The notes under the pieces are model-generated. The model was given only the letters and a program-made list of their open reading frames with translations, did no database searches and had not been told where the DNA came from. From Octopus vulgaris (Eukaryota), in assembly GCA_951406725.2 (NCBI GenBank), contig OX597831.1, positions 61,442,001-61,506,000 on the forward strand: DNA of 64,000 nucleotides. The letters are read 5' to 3'. Positions 51,476 through 64,000 of this stretch are shown here, piece by piece; the first letter of the stretch is position 1; each line of letters opens with the position of its first letter. The translations under genes were made by a program, and so were the position numbers.

Positions 51476-52664
51476 ACAATGACCACCACCACTACCACAA
51501 CAATAACAGCAACGATGCTGACAGTAATTATAATGATTTCCATAGGTCGTGCATTTTAGGAAAGAGGTATAATCACAATATATAATAATAATTGTTGTAC
51601 TGGACATTATTCTATCAATGATTCAATAGGACTAAGGGCAAAGTTGGTCTTAGCAGGTTTTAAACTCCAGAACATAAAAAGACCTAACTATGTACCGCAA
51701 GACATTTTGTCCATTTTTCAATAAATTATGGCAATCTGCTGCAAGTAGAGCAGAGGAAAGAAAGAAACTTTCATTGTTGCCGTAAGGGAGAATTGAACCA
51801 GCAGGATTTGAACTAAATAAGTTATCGTGTTCAATATTCTATGTTTTTGTCATTTCACTAGCAATCAACACTATATTAAACTACTTTCTTTTTCTTTCCT
51901 CCATACAAAGGCATTTAACAAGGCCAATTTTGAAATTATAGAAAATTAGTGAATGAAAAAGAACTTTGATAGTTTCTACAGAACAATCTAAAGTTTTGTT
52001 TATAATGCTCCCAAAATATCTTTATCTAAAAGGTCAAAGAATTACAGACTCAAATTTGAATGCTGCACTATAATTTACTTTGAAGAAAGTAAATTTATTT
52101 TTACATCTTATAATAGCAAATAACTTCCAATTTATATTGGAATATTTTTAAGATCAATGAAAATAGTTAAAGCTCTTTTAATTTTAACAGAAAATTATTT
52201 CTATTGTATTCAGTATCTATTTTCTAATAATTGTTTATTCTTTCCTGCCAGTAAGATTCAATAACAAAAGTTCTATCAACTAAGAACGGCGCTGACGTAT
52301 TATTTCGGTATTTTATTTCCATACATTTCCTGTTGTACATATAACAAATTTGTAAGCATGAATTCAAGTGCCACTCTATGTGTATTTTCAACACAGGAAC
52401 CTTATTTGGTATTCCTAATTAGCATATATATATATGCATTAGACTGCATATGGTTGAGTGGATAAGATATTAGACAACTAGCAAAGAGGTTACTAGCTTG
52501 AATTGAATCATTGGCATTATACTAAGTCTATTGTGAAGGCATTTCACTCACATATGACAAATACAACACAGCTGAAAATAGTGGTTTCAGTAGTAGCAGC
52601 GATAGCAAATCTGTTGATTGACAAAGGAGCATTTGTAAGTTTATGGCACTATGTTCGATTTTTG

Positions 52665-52878
52665 CCTTCTCCTTCTTCTTCTCTTCCTTCCTCTTCTTCT
52701 TCTCCTCCTCCTCCTTCCTCTTCTTCTCTTCCTTCCTCTTCTTCCCTTCCTTCCTCTTCTTCTTCTTCTTCTCCTCCTCCTCCTTCCTCTTCTTCTCTTC
52801 CTTCCTCTTCTTCTCATCCTTCCTCTCCTCCTCCTCTTCTCTTCTTCCTCCTCCTCCTCCTCCTCCTCCTCCTCCCTC
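52665..52878. repeat. Polypyrimidine (TCT)/(CCT) tract
   Basis: Direct inspection. Confidence 0.95.
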
Positions 52879-54801
52879 TTGTACAGTGAAAAGCATTTCC
52901 AAGAGAATTTAATTAAACAAGATGTATTAATTAAAGTAATTTACAGTGGTGTTTAGAGGAGTTTACAAACAAGCTTACGGTTGATTGCTTTGAGTTGAGG
53001 AGTAAAAGAACCTGATGACCAGAAGGGTTTCTCTTTGTTCAGAGTAAGAACATAAGATAAATTATATTTTTCTCAAGTGCTGTTGTAAGCAAATTGGTTA
53101 AAGCAGTGTTTCTAACAGAAGCAGATAACCGTGAGGATTGAAAAAGTGGCAGATGAAAGAACTACATGGATAGAAACTCCATTTGTCTTCTCATTTATAA
53201 TGTGTGAAGGGGGAAAGGTAAAACAAATTTCACTGATGTCTTGAAGAGGCCTTGTATCAGACAGAATGAGAAGCACTAAGATAAGGGCCTTTCTCTACAA
53301 TATGTGTTGTTATGGAATAACCTAGGGGTCAATCCTGACACTATATATCTTTGCTTGTAAATGTCACTGTAGCATCAGCACCAGAAGCAGCAGCAACAGT
53401 AGTAGTGGTAGTAGTTTTTACTCATGCATATAGTGTTATGCCTATTCTAGCTCTTGCTATGTGCTATAATGTAATAATTCATATCCTCTCAATCAATGTC
53501 TTCAAGATTCTGCTTCTCTATGAAAGTCATTTCAGTTCACTTACACGATACAACTGTCTTTCAGAAAATCAGAAAAAAAAAGAAAAAAATATCATTAAAA
53601 TTACATTTTTTTATAAATTTGTGGTTTTCAACCATGAAAATGTTTTAAGAAACATATATTTAAATAAATAAATAAATATAAAAAAAGAAAGAGAATTATT
53701 CATACATCTGTCTAATGTACCCATCTCTGAGTAACTACATGTAAAAGTGTATACATATTAAAACACACACATATATCTATAAATAATTGAATTGCAAAAC
53801 AGCTATGTATAATTTTGAAAATGATACACAAAGAATACAGACTTCCCCTGAAGAGAATGCACTGACAACAATATAATCTGTGTTAGCTTCTTTCATGTGA
53901 TCTTACAACAAAATATTTTCATAATGGATCATTAATGTTTAGCTTCATTAGAAGTAGGTGTGCTTATTTCTGATATTTATTTGACTGAGTATCACAAATA
54001 ATTATTTCACTCAGAGCAAAATTAATTTCTATACAGAATTCAAAACATTTTTGTCGATGAGTTGTGTATTCTGATATCTCATTAGTTAAAAGCAGGCAAA
54101 ATGTTGGAAGTTTTGGTGGAACTTGAATAATACATATTCAAGTAATGTACTGAGATTATGTTCAGCGTACTTTACTCTTGCTTCTTTTCAAAATATTTCA
54201 AAGAGATTTCAATTCAAGCACTGTGGACCAACAAATCAGTAGCAGCCTGTGCAGATTCTAGTTTTTCCCTAACTAACAAGTTACTTGGCAACCTCACTGG
54301 TGCTGGTGCTACAAAATTAATGTGATTGGCATTAGGTAAGACATCCAAACTTAGAAATCATGCCAAGGCAAACATTGCAGCAAGGAGCACAATGCAATTC
54401 TCCTTTCTTTTGGATACTCTCTTTTCCTCGTTTCATTTGACTGTGGCCATACTGGAGTACCACCTTTAGTCAAGCAAATCGACCCCAGGACTTATTCTTT
54501 GTAAGCCTAGTACTTATTCTATCGGTTTCTTTTGCCAAACCTCTAAGTGACAGGGATGTAAACACACCAGCATCGGTTGTCAAGTGACTCACAAACACAT
54601 ACACACACAGATATATACATATATACAATGGGCTTCTTTCAGTTTCCATCTACCAAATCCACTCACAAGGCTTTGGTCGGTCCGAGGCTATAGTAGAAGA
54701 CACTTGCCCAAGGTGCCATGCAGTGGGACTGAACCCGGAACCATGTGACTGGTAAGCAAGCTACTTACCACACAGCCACTCCTGCGCCTATAAACTGTTA
54801 A

Positions 54802-55022
54802 TGCTTTCAATACCAACCTGGCTGAAACCACCTCTGGCTCTGTAGTACAAATGTCATGTTTTCATAAGTTTTGAATTAAAATTTTCTGCCAAACCTTTGT
54901 CACAATTTATGTTCCTAACACTAGCTTAATGATAACCAAGTTATTTTATTAAATTCTTTGTTATATTTAAGGTAATTGAAAGAAACACAGAGCACCTCAA
55001 AATAAATACAGTAACAAAAGGG
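54802..55022. mobile_element. piggyBac-type MITE, second and more diverged copy
   Basis: Colinear with 14246-14466; TTAA on both sides. Confidence 0.85.
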
Positions 55023-56061
55023 TTAAACCAGCATATGTACAGGCTGTACCCAACATATTGAGTTTGGGTTATGTAAAATATATTTCAAAATATTTTTGCA
55101 GCTAAAAGGCAGCAAGCCAGGCAAAATGCTTAGTAGCATTTCGTCCATCTTTACATTCCGAGTTTAAATTCTGCTGAGGTCAGCTCCATCTTTCATCCTT
55201 TCAGAGATCGATAAATATAAATACTAGTTGAGCATTGGGGTCGATACCCTACCCACTGAGCTATATTTCTTACATTTGAATATTCTCACACACAAACATA
55301 AGCAAAAATCAGTGGGTTCATGATCAAATAGAAGAAAAATTCAAAATAGGCAACAGGTAAATTGTACAAGACATGACAAGACACAAATATGGATGCTACT
55401 CTTGCCTCATCCTCTATTGACTGAAGATCGAAGCTGACTTGAGACATTGTGAATAGAAATCTTCATTTCAGAATGCCAGAAGATTTATAGCAAAGTGCTA
55501 GAACTGGTCAACAAATGTGACACAATAATATGAACACTGGAAAAATTAGGTACAATAAATTATTTAGTCTGTCAGCTAACAAAACAAAATAACATTGATT
55601 ATTGGTTTCAAATTTTGGCATAAGGCCCCCAATTTTTTTTTTTTTTTGTTATTTTTGGTGGGGGTAGGTCAATTATATCAACTCCAGTGTTCAGCTGGTA
55701 CTTATTTTATTGACCCAGAAAGGATGAAAGGTAAAGTTGACCTCGCTGGAATTTGAACTCAGAACATAAAGACAAATGAAATTCTACTTAGTATTTTGTC
55801 TGGCATGCTAATGATTCTGCCAGCTTGCTGTTTTAAATGACATTGATTATTAAATAGTGAGAGTCTATTGACTGGTGAGGAAAGAAAAGTAAAAACAAAT
55901 CAGGAACAACCGTGTACAAATGCAAGACTAAGAGAAAAATTGTTGAGACTAAGAGGAAAATAGATACTGATCGTCTGACAATATTTCTCAAAGAAAGACA
56001 GAGATATAGTGGAGATTAGCAGGTGATGAATCCAAGTTCAAAAGAGACACATGGATCCAAC

Positions 56062-56672
56062 ATCATCCATCATTTTGAATCCAGGTTTTGTCCCTGTTAA
56101 CCGGGGTGGTCGTATCTACCTTAATGCCATAGCAACTGCCCTCACACAATCTCGCCATCTTGCCCAGTTTTGGGCGTCGGCCCTTCTCAAGCCGACCTTC
56201 TCAGTCTCTTCCACATTTTCCTCAGCCTACCTCGCTTTTATGTCCATTTACCTCAAACGCTAGCACCCTCCTCAACACATGCCCATACCACCGCACTCCA
56301 TTTGCCCTTGTCAGCCATCCCACCGATTCTTCCAACCCCAGCATCCCCATCAAGTCCTCAGTCCTCCTCTTATCAAACACCCTCATGCTACACATTTCTC
56401 TCACCAGTACTTTCTCAGTCCTTCTCAAAATTTCCATCTCTCTCTCTTTCTCTCTCTCTCTCTCTCAAACACCATGTTCTCCACCTTGTCACATAGTTCT
56501 TCCACTGACTTTGCCAACCCTCCAGCTCCTTTCTCACATCTTCTGCAAACAAACTCTCTTGTCAGTCTTGGGGTCACCTTCTTCATTTTCGTACATCAAC
56601 CATGAATCCATTTTTCACATCTCGTACACAGCACTGAATTTGCCATTATCCTCCTCTCACATACACCCCTCA
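56062..56672 (-). mobile_element. RTE-clade LINE 3' remnant with internal deletions
   Basis: ANSVLCTRCEKWIHG (Cys-rich insert) and LRRTEKVLVREMC...VRWYGHVLRR on the minus strand. Confidence 0.85.
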
Positions 56673-57910
56673 TGATAATAACAAAGGAGCGGATAACCAA
56701 TAGATTTAGAATCATAGGAAATCAGAAAGTCTTCGTGGGAAAAGTTACAAGAGAGAGAGAGAAGGAAGGATGATGAGAGAGAAGAGATGGAGAGCTCAAC
56801 AAACAAGAAAGAGAGAGAGAAAAGTAAGACAAGAAAAACAAAAATGGTGTTTGAGAAACCAAGTAGCTTGCTTACCAATCACATGGTTCTGGGTTCAGTC
56901 CCACTGTGTGGCACCTTGGGCAAGTGTCTTCTACTATAGCCTCGGGCCGACCAAAGCCTTGTGAGTGAATTTGGTAGACGGAAACTGAAAGAAGCCCATC
57001 GTATACATGTATATATATGCATGTGTGTATATGTTTGTGTGTTTGTGTTTGTCCCTCCACCGCCATTGTTTGACAACCGATGGTGGTGTGTTTACATCCC
57101 CATTAGCGGTTCAGCAAAAGAGACTGATAGAATAAGTACTGGGCTTACAAAGAATAAGTTCTGGGTTCGATTTGCTCGACTAAAGGGCGGTGCTCCAGCA
57201 TGGCCGCAGTCAAATAACTGAAACAAGTAAAAGAGTAAGAGTAAGATGTTAATGTAGACAAAAAAAGGACATGTTGTGTTACAATTAACTAGTAAAAAGT
57301 TAAGCACAAACAGCATGTAAAATATACAGGAGAAGATAAAGCAAGACACAAATATGGCTACCTCGCTAAACCACATAATAGTCAATTGAAGATCAAAGCA
57401 ATTTCAACACATTATCTATAGGATTTCTCACTTCAGAATTCCATCAGGGAATGGTGGTGTAAGACACAACAAAAACTTGTGTGTGTTCACTTAACTATTT
57501 AGCATTCAGATAACTCTGTCAAAAGTAATGCTGGTTTATTCACATTCTTTTGAATCAATCATGCATTATCTCACAGCTTTGAGATTTCAATGATGCGATT
57601 ACTCTTTTACTCTTTTACTTGTTTCAGTCATTTGACTACGAGCATGCTGGGGCACTGCCTTTAGTCAAGCATATAAAACCCCAGAACTTATTCTTTGGAA
57701 GCCTAGTACTTATTCTATCGGTCTCTTTTACCGATCCGCTAAGTTACAGGGACGTAAACACACCACTATCGGTTGTCAAGCGATGTTTGGGGGACAAACA
57801 CAGACACACAAACATATACACACACATACATATATATATGACGGGCTTCTTTCAGTTTCCGTCAACCAAATCCACTCACAAGGCTTTGGTCAGCCAGAAG
57901 CTATATAGTA

Positions 57911-57968
<58 letters not shown>

Positions 57969-58421
57969 AGGATGGGGGAAGGGGGAGTGAGATCAATCTA
58001 TACAAATACACTCACACACACACACACATACACACACATATATATATGATGATGATGAAGATGATGATATAAAAATGGTCTTCTTTCAGTTTCCTGCAAC
58101 AAAAGCCACTTACAAAGCTTTGGTCAGCCCATGGCTATAGTAGAGGACATTTACTCAAGGTTCCACACAGGGAGACTGAACCTGGAATGTGTGATTTGGA
58201 AGCAAACTTCTTACCACACAGCTATACCTAAACTGATATACATACAATTTTTGCATTCATATAGCGGACTTTCAATACTTTCAATTTTATATACAAAGAT
58301 ACACAGCCACTTCAAATATACTTTACACAGAGAGGTGGAGGAGTGAGAGGATGAAATATTTGGCAGGCCCAGCATATCTTTCTTCTCTTGACATTAATAA
58401 TAGGTACATATTTATATATAA

Positions 58422-58985
58422 CTAGCAGCTAAGCCCGGTTTCACCTGGTCTGTTTGGATGATGTGGCTGCGATCGTTTTCGGTTAGGCATATGTGAATGA
58501 AAATTAAGTTCAGACTTCTACATGGTAGCTAGACCTGGTAGAAATAGCAGCCAAATCTCCCTCAAAACATCCTACTGTCTTAATCCGACAATTCTGCCTA
58601 TTATGTAGTTTGAATGAGAAACTGTAACTAAAGATTAAGGTTATTAACCCCACAAAGAGGTGAAAGAAGAGAGACAGTATAGCAAAAGTTTTGGCTGACT
58701 GTCATCCTGTACTCCCCTTGTTGCTAGCGAAATGGTATATGCTGGCTGTGTGAACAATAGGTTGTTTTAATGGCGGAACAAACGGGAATTCCATTAGAAA
58801 AGTTTTAATCGACTGAGAAGGTCGGTAAGTATGAGGGCTAGGAAAAAAATACAAACCGCATTCCAATCTATGCACCCGTCTCCATATGTGTGCCATTTTT
58901 CACGCAAATCCACCCAGCCGTTTGGCTGTGAATCTCGAAACAAGAAAGAATGCAAAGACCGCCCATGTCCAATTTATATTATAGA
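58422..58985 (-). mobile_element. Non-autonomous Helitron-like element
   Basis: Minus strand begins TCTATAATATAAA and ends CTAG, preceded by an imperfect GC hairpin (cccggtttcacctgg on +). Inserted between A and T with no TSD. Confidence 0.75.
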
Positions 58986-59462
58986 TTACTGGAGTGAATG
59001 TCATTCTAGATATCTGTACCTCAGCAAGCTATAATACTATGAGTGAAACAAATATTTGCAAATAGAAGAAGATAAAATGAGATAAATATGACCGAGTATT
59101 TTATAATTAGAGTTAAACATATGATATATTTAGAATTCTATTATTATTGTCAGGTCCATATGTAAAAATGATGCCTTTCTAAAGCTATTCACAAGTGTTT
59201 AAAGGGCTTCTTAGTGTTTATACATCCCAGTAGACATAATAAAATGAGGGACTTCAAAGGTTTTGATTTTAAAGCCTGGATCTACTCTATTGAATCAAAC
59301 ATGAAAAAATTATTCCAGCCTCAAACACATTGTCTTTTCCGCAGCCATAGTCTACACAGAATTAAATGTCCTTCCATTTAAACTAAAGCAGGGTGAAATT
59401 TGAGACATATTTTGCTGTTATTCTAGAAGGGCGAGTGACCACATTGAGTAAATATAATTGTC

Positions 59463-59688
59463 TGATTAAATAGATTTAATGAATTGAATTAAATAATTGA
59501 GTTAATGTTGAATCCAACAGTATGGAATAATCTAAATTGGAGTCTACAACACTGAAATTTTGATTAGTTTATTGTAATAATCTAATCAAAATTTCAATGT
59601 TGCAGACTTTCGTTTTGAATATTCCATACTATTAGATTCAACTCCAATTTAGGTTATTTAATTCAATTGATTAAATTCTGTTTAATCA
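59463..59688. repeat. Old AT-rich foldback (~105-bp arms)
   Basis: tgattaaa...tgaaattttgattag pairs with ctaatcaaaatttca...tttaatca; followed by a small hairpin at 59697-59735. Confidence 0.8.
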
Positions 59689-60199
59689 CTTAATCAATAT
59701 AATCTTCCTTATGTAAATCTACAGGAAGATTATATCAGAGTAAACAAAGTACGCATACACACATTGACACAGACAGACACATACACTGTGGCACACACCC
59801 ATTTATACAGATGCAATTAACTTTCACTTATTTCAGTCATAGTGGCCATGCTGGGGCACCACTATGAAGAAGTTTTAGTCATATGAATACACCCCAGTAC
59901 TTATAGATTTTTTTTTAACCTGGTAATTATTCTACCTGTCTCTTTTGCTGAACTGATAAGTTATGGGAACATAAACAGAGACAATGACTAGATTGGTCAA
60001 ACACTCACACACACACACAGATAGATATATGTATTTGCAACAGGCTTCTTTCAGTTTCCATCTACCAAATCCACTCACAAGGCTTTGGCCAGGCTATGGC
60101 TATAGTAGAAGACACTTGACCAAGGTTCCACACAGTGGGTCTGAACATGGAACCATATAGTTGGGAAGCAAATTTCTTACCCAAACAAGCCATATATAC

Positions 60200-60245
<46 letters not shown>

Positions 60246-60276
60246 TATCGTTTAACGTCCGCTTTCCATGCTAGCA

Positions 60277-60372
<96 letters not shown>

Positions 60373-60542
60373 AAGATAGATAGATAGATAGATGATAGGG
60401 AGAATTCACAAAAAAAACAAAAGATGAAGACAGATGGTGTAGACAACCAACAGATGTATTAGTATAATGCTCGGGAAGTGAAAATGTCTGTAACGTTTTG
60501 AGCCTACACACTTCCAGTGGATAGCTCTCTCTCTCTCTCTCT

Positions 60543-60619
<77 letters not shown>

Positions 60620-60628
<9 letters not shown>

Positions 60629-61164
60629 TATATTAAATTAGAGATTAAACCACTATTAGGCAAATCAAACAATGAAAAACTTAAGCCAATGCATAAAATT
60701 AATTAATTTATATTATTTTAAATATATATCAAAATTATTAAAAGTTTAATAAAAGATAATGAGTAAAACACTACGATCGTTTCATGGCTGTCCAATTCGA
60801 AATAATTCGAGTTATGGTTTCAGTCAATCTTCAGGTAATTGAAATATTTATCTTGGCTAAGATAAATATTTTAATTACCTGAAGATTGACTGTAGCCATA
60901 ACTCGAATTATTACGAATTGGACAGCCATGAAACGATCGTAGTGTTTTACTCATTATCTTTTATTAAACTTTTAATAATTTTGATATATATTTAAAATAA
61001 TATAAATTAATTAATTTTATGTATTGGCTTAAGTTTTTCATTGTTTGATTTGCCTAATAGTGGTTTTATCTCTAATTTAATATAATATAATATTTTACTA
61101 TAAAATTGGATTCAATCCTAAATCTGATTTTTCCCAGTAAGTTTGGATTTATTCCCTAATATTT

Positions 61165-61170
<6 letters not shown>
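60620..61170. mobile_element. Foldback element: ~470-bp spacer-less palindrome plus ~80-bp extension, between (TA)n tracts
   Basis: Arms 60620-60856 and 60857-61093 are near-perfect reverse complements; the extension is shared with 37400-37490. Confidence 0.85.
60859..60960 (+). ncRNA. Putative minimal type-I hammerhead ribozyme (mirror copy on - strand ~60753-60854)
   Basis: CTGAAGA at 60879-60885; stem II tgactgt/acagcca; GAAAC-gatc-GTA at 60930-60941 with a palindromic loop; stem I tac/gtg plus distal aagataa/ttatctt. Confidence 0.62.
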
Positions 61171-61202
<32 letters not shown>

Positions 61203-61206
<4 letters not shown>

Positions 61207-61380
61207 AAATAAGCAACAAGGATCATTTCATGCAACTCCATTTACATGAAAGGATTGTACTGCATTACCTCTGGATATCTTTGTTGCTTATTTTGATTTT
61301 AATCACCTTACTTTGAAATTGTATGGATAATACAGTACTAAATTCTGGTGCCTCAACTTATGTACCATATTAATCTGAAT
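61203..61380. repeat. Short asymmetric foldback between (TA)n tracts
   Basis: atcaaaataagcaacaaggat (61203-61223) pairs with atctttgttgcttattttgat (61277-61297); extension to ~61380. Confidence 0.75.
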
Positions 61381-62577
61381 CTATCTATCTATATATATAT
61401 ATATTATCATCATCATTTAATGTCTGCTTTCCATGCTAGCATGGATTGGCCGATTTGACTGAGGGCTGGCGAACCAGATGGCTGCACCAGGCTCCAATCT
61501 GATCTGAAAGAGTTTGTACAGCTGGATGCCCTTCCTAATGCCAACCACTCCGACAGTGTAGTGGGTGCTTTTACATGCCACTGGCACGAGGGCCAGTCTG
61601 GTGGTACTGGCAACGGTGAAATTATCATATCTTGTATTTAATATACTTTATATAGACATGCTTTACGTATCCTATAAGTGAAAAGAGCAGGTATCATTAA
61701 CATGAAAATGGGACCTGATAGAGGAAATCGGACTTCAGATTCGTAATCAGCATCAAACATTAACCCAGAAAAGTCAATCAGCAACTCTGATGATTAAAAT
61801 AAGTTTCATTTTGTTGACCAATGTAATTTGACTTATATGGGTTTCTGAATATTGATTGTAATAATGATAAGAGAGGAAAATTTTTTAATAGTGAAGGCTG
61901 TCATGAAGGTAAGAGGTGGTGGGCAGTGATGTTTAAAAAATTATAGAATTTTTTTTTTTACTGCTACCCTCTTTTTGAAGTATGTGGTTCAGAGAGCAAA
62001 AAACTGAAAAGTCCAGGCAAAACAGAAAATTCAACTTACGTGGGTGAACTATTTCGAACCCTACCCCCAGCCGCCCACAAAATTACCAAAAATCAAAATA
62101 TACAATAATTCTAACCATTCTGATCGCAATTGCACTTAGCTTACACATAGCAAAAGCAAAACAAAGAAGCAAAAAAAAAAGAAAAAAACTATCATGCAGA
62201 GCTGTGAAGGAAAATTGAGTTAACAAATCTTAAATCGAATCTGTACAAAGCAAACATTGTAAATATGTGTAAAAACAAAATTGAAAATATCTGCACTAAC
62301 CTATTTTTGGAAATGAAATTTAAAAAATAAAAATGTGATGTCATCAGAACGAATTCTGAGAAACCAAGAATTCCAGACAACCTGTAAAATATTCCATCAT
62401 ATTTTTAAAATTCTTATTTCGCTTTTCAGGCATAGCGAGTCAATGACACATTATTAAATTTCAAATGACAGAAAGAGTGTGATTTGTGACATTTCCCTGC
62501 TGTTTCCTACAAGTCAAACAACCACACAGAAACAATGCAACTGACTCATAAGCTCCAGTGAAAAAGTAAAAGCGATT

Positions 62578-63180
62578 CTATCATTTATATTGTATTCCTA
62601 ACAAAGCAAATCAATATTATAAAATTTTAAATCTCCATTTATTTATCTCCTGCATTTTACTTGGCTAATAAACAATTCCTACTTCAATTTAATCCGAGCG
62701 GATTTAGGTAATTTCTCAACCTGCTAGGAACAGCAGCCAAAACCTTGGTGAATCACACTCTAATGTGAGCATTATATTGATTATAATTATATTGATTAGG
62801 AACTCTCAGAAGAGCTAAGCAGCAGAGAGTCTTAAGAGATGAAACCTCCTACGGGTAAGTGTCTTGACTCTTAACTCCTTACATTCTAAAGGAGCTGGGC
62901 CGCATCCAGGTCACATAACGTAACTTGACATAAACTGTTTGAAAATGTTCTTTAAGCAAAAAGAAAAAGAAGAAAAAATATGCTGTTAAATCTGTGGTTT
63001 ATCATTCATATCGTATACCTAACAAAACAAATCAGTATTATGAAATTTTAAATCTCTATTTATTTTTCTCCTATATTTTACTTGGCTGATAAACAATTCC
63101 TACTTCAATTTAATCTGTGGGCATTTAGGTGATTTTTCAACCTGCTAGGAATAGCAGCCAAAACCTTGGTGAATCACACC
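62578..63180. repeat. Direct duplication of ~180 bp (62578-62759 and ~63000-63180)
   Basis: Colinear match, for example aaacaattcctacttcaatttaatc and gcagccaaaaccttggtgaatcacac in both copies. Confidence 0.9.
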
Positions 63181-63530
63181 TGAGGGTGGGGAGAGGACTT
63201 CAGAAAATTCACAAGATCCGAGCTTTTCCCTTGAAACTTTTAGAAAAATGGGTTTTTTCATTGAAATTTTATAGAAATGCTTTTCAAACGGCATACATTA
63301 CGATTACTAAAAAAATTTTTCCAAGGGGGTGGGAAGAGGACTTCGGAAAATTCACAAAATCCGAGTTTTTCCCTCATAACTTTTAGGAAAATGTTTTTTT
63401 TTCAATGAAATTTGATATAAATGCTTTTGAAAGGGCATACATTATTATTATAAAGTAATTTGTAGGGAAAATCTTGAGGTGGGGAGAAGACTTTCGGAAA
63501 ATTCCCAAGATCCAAATCTTTCTTCGTTAT
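63181..63530. repeat. Diverged ~145-bp tandem repeat (~2.4 copies)
   Basis: gggtggg(g)a(ga)ggacttc(a/g)gaaaattc recurs at ~63184, ~63326 and ~63477. Confidence 0.8.
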
Positions 63531-63709
63531 ATTCCAAAATCACATTCATATTTCTACAGATACCCTAGCATAGTACTACTACACTATGTAGTGTTAATTC
63601 TACCCACGTTCAATAAGCTTTAGTGTTTTGGTTTCAATTTTGTTTCATTTTTAATTATTTTTACGCATTTTTTACCCTTCGTCATTATTCTTATTCACTC
63701 GTTATTATT

Positions 63710-63726
63710 TCCTCTCTCTCTCTATC

Positions 63727-63766
<40 letters not shown>

Positions 63767-63900
63767 TTATATACATACACATATATATATATACATATAT
63801 ACATACACATATATACATACACATATATATATATACATATATAATACACATATATACATACACATATATATATATACATATATATACACACACACACACG

Positions 63901-63946
<46 letters not shown>

Positions 63947-63977
63947 CAAACACATACACACACACACATATATATAC
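63710..63977. repeat. Compound (CT)/(TA)/(CA) microsatellite
   Basis: Direct inspection. Confidence 0.96.
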
Positions 63978-64000
63978 TCAGTTATGAGGGAAAAACTAGG

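Noticed and set aside
62800-62854. Possible 55-bp plus-strand exon ending at GTAAGT, or a hammerhead-like CAGAAGA...GAAAC motif
   Set aside because: The acceptor is weak and the peptide unrecognised. The ribozyme core is mismatched and has no convincing stems.

Overview
AT-rich eukaryotic, repeat-saturated DNA, most likely intronic or intergenic. The SINE families, microsatellite load and TE spectrum look like an octopus (coleoid cephalopod) genome; this is inferred by recognition, not by a database search. No host protein-coding gene can be supported. Almost all ORF-track entries are microsatellite translations or TE fragments. Recognisable content: about five tRNA- or RTE-type SINE families in dozens of copies; two internally deleted mariner elements; hAT and piggyBac-type MITEs; Helitron-like elements; RTE, CR1/L2-like and R4-like LINE remnants; a Penelope-like (GIY-YIG) remnant; a probable solo LTR; and a near-perfect 330-bp tandem array. 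The most striking pattern is about 10 asymmetric foldback elements, nearly all inserted in (TA)n tracts. Four of them, from unrelated sequence families, carry minimal type-I hammerhead ribozyme motifs that read outward from the hairpin centre. I interpret them as non-autonomous Penelope-like insertions targeted to microsatellites. Other notable items are a LINE/SINE shared 3' stem-loop with compensatory changes, combinatorial SINE head/tail shuffling, and twin-priming-like 5' inversions in RTE copies. All coordinates and alignments were read by eye.
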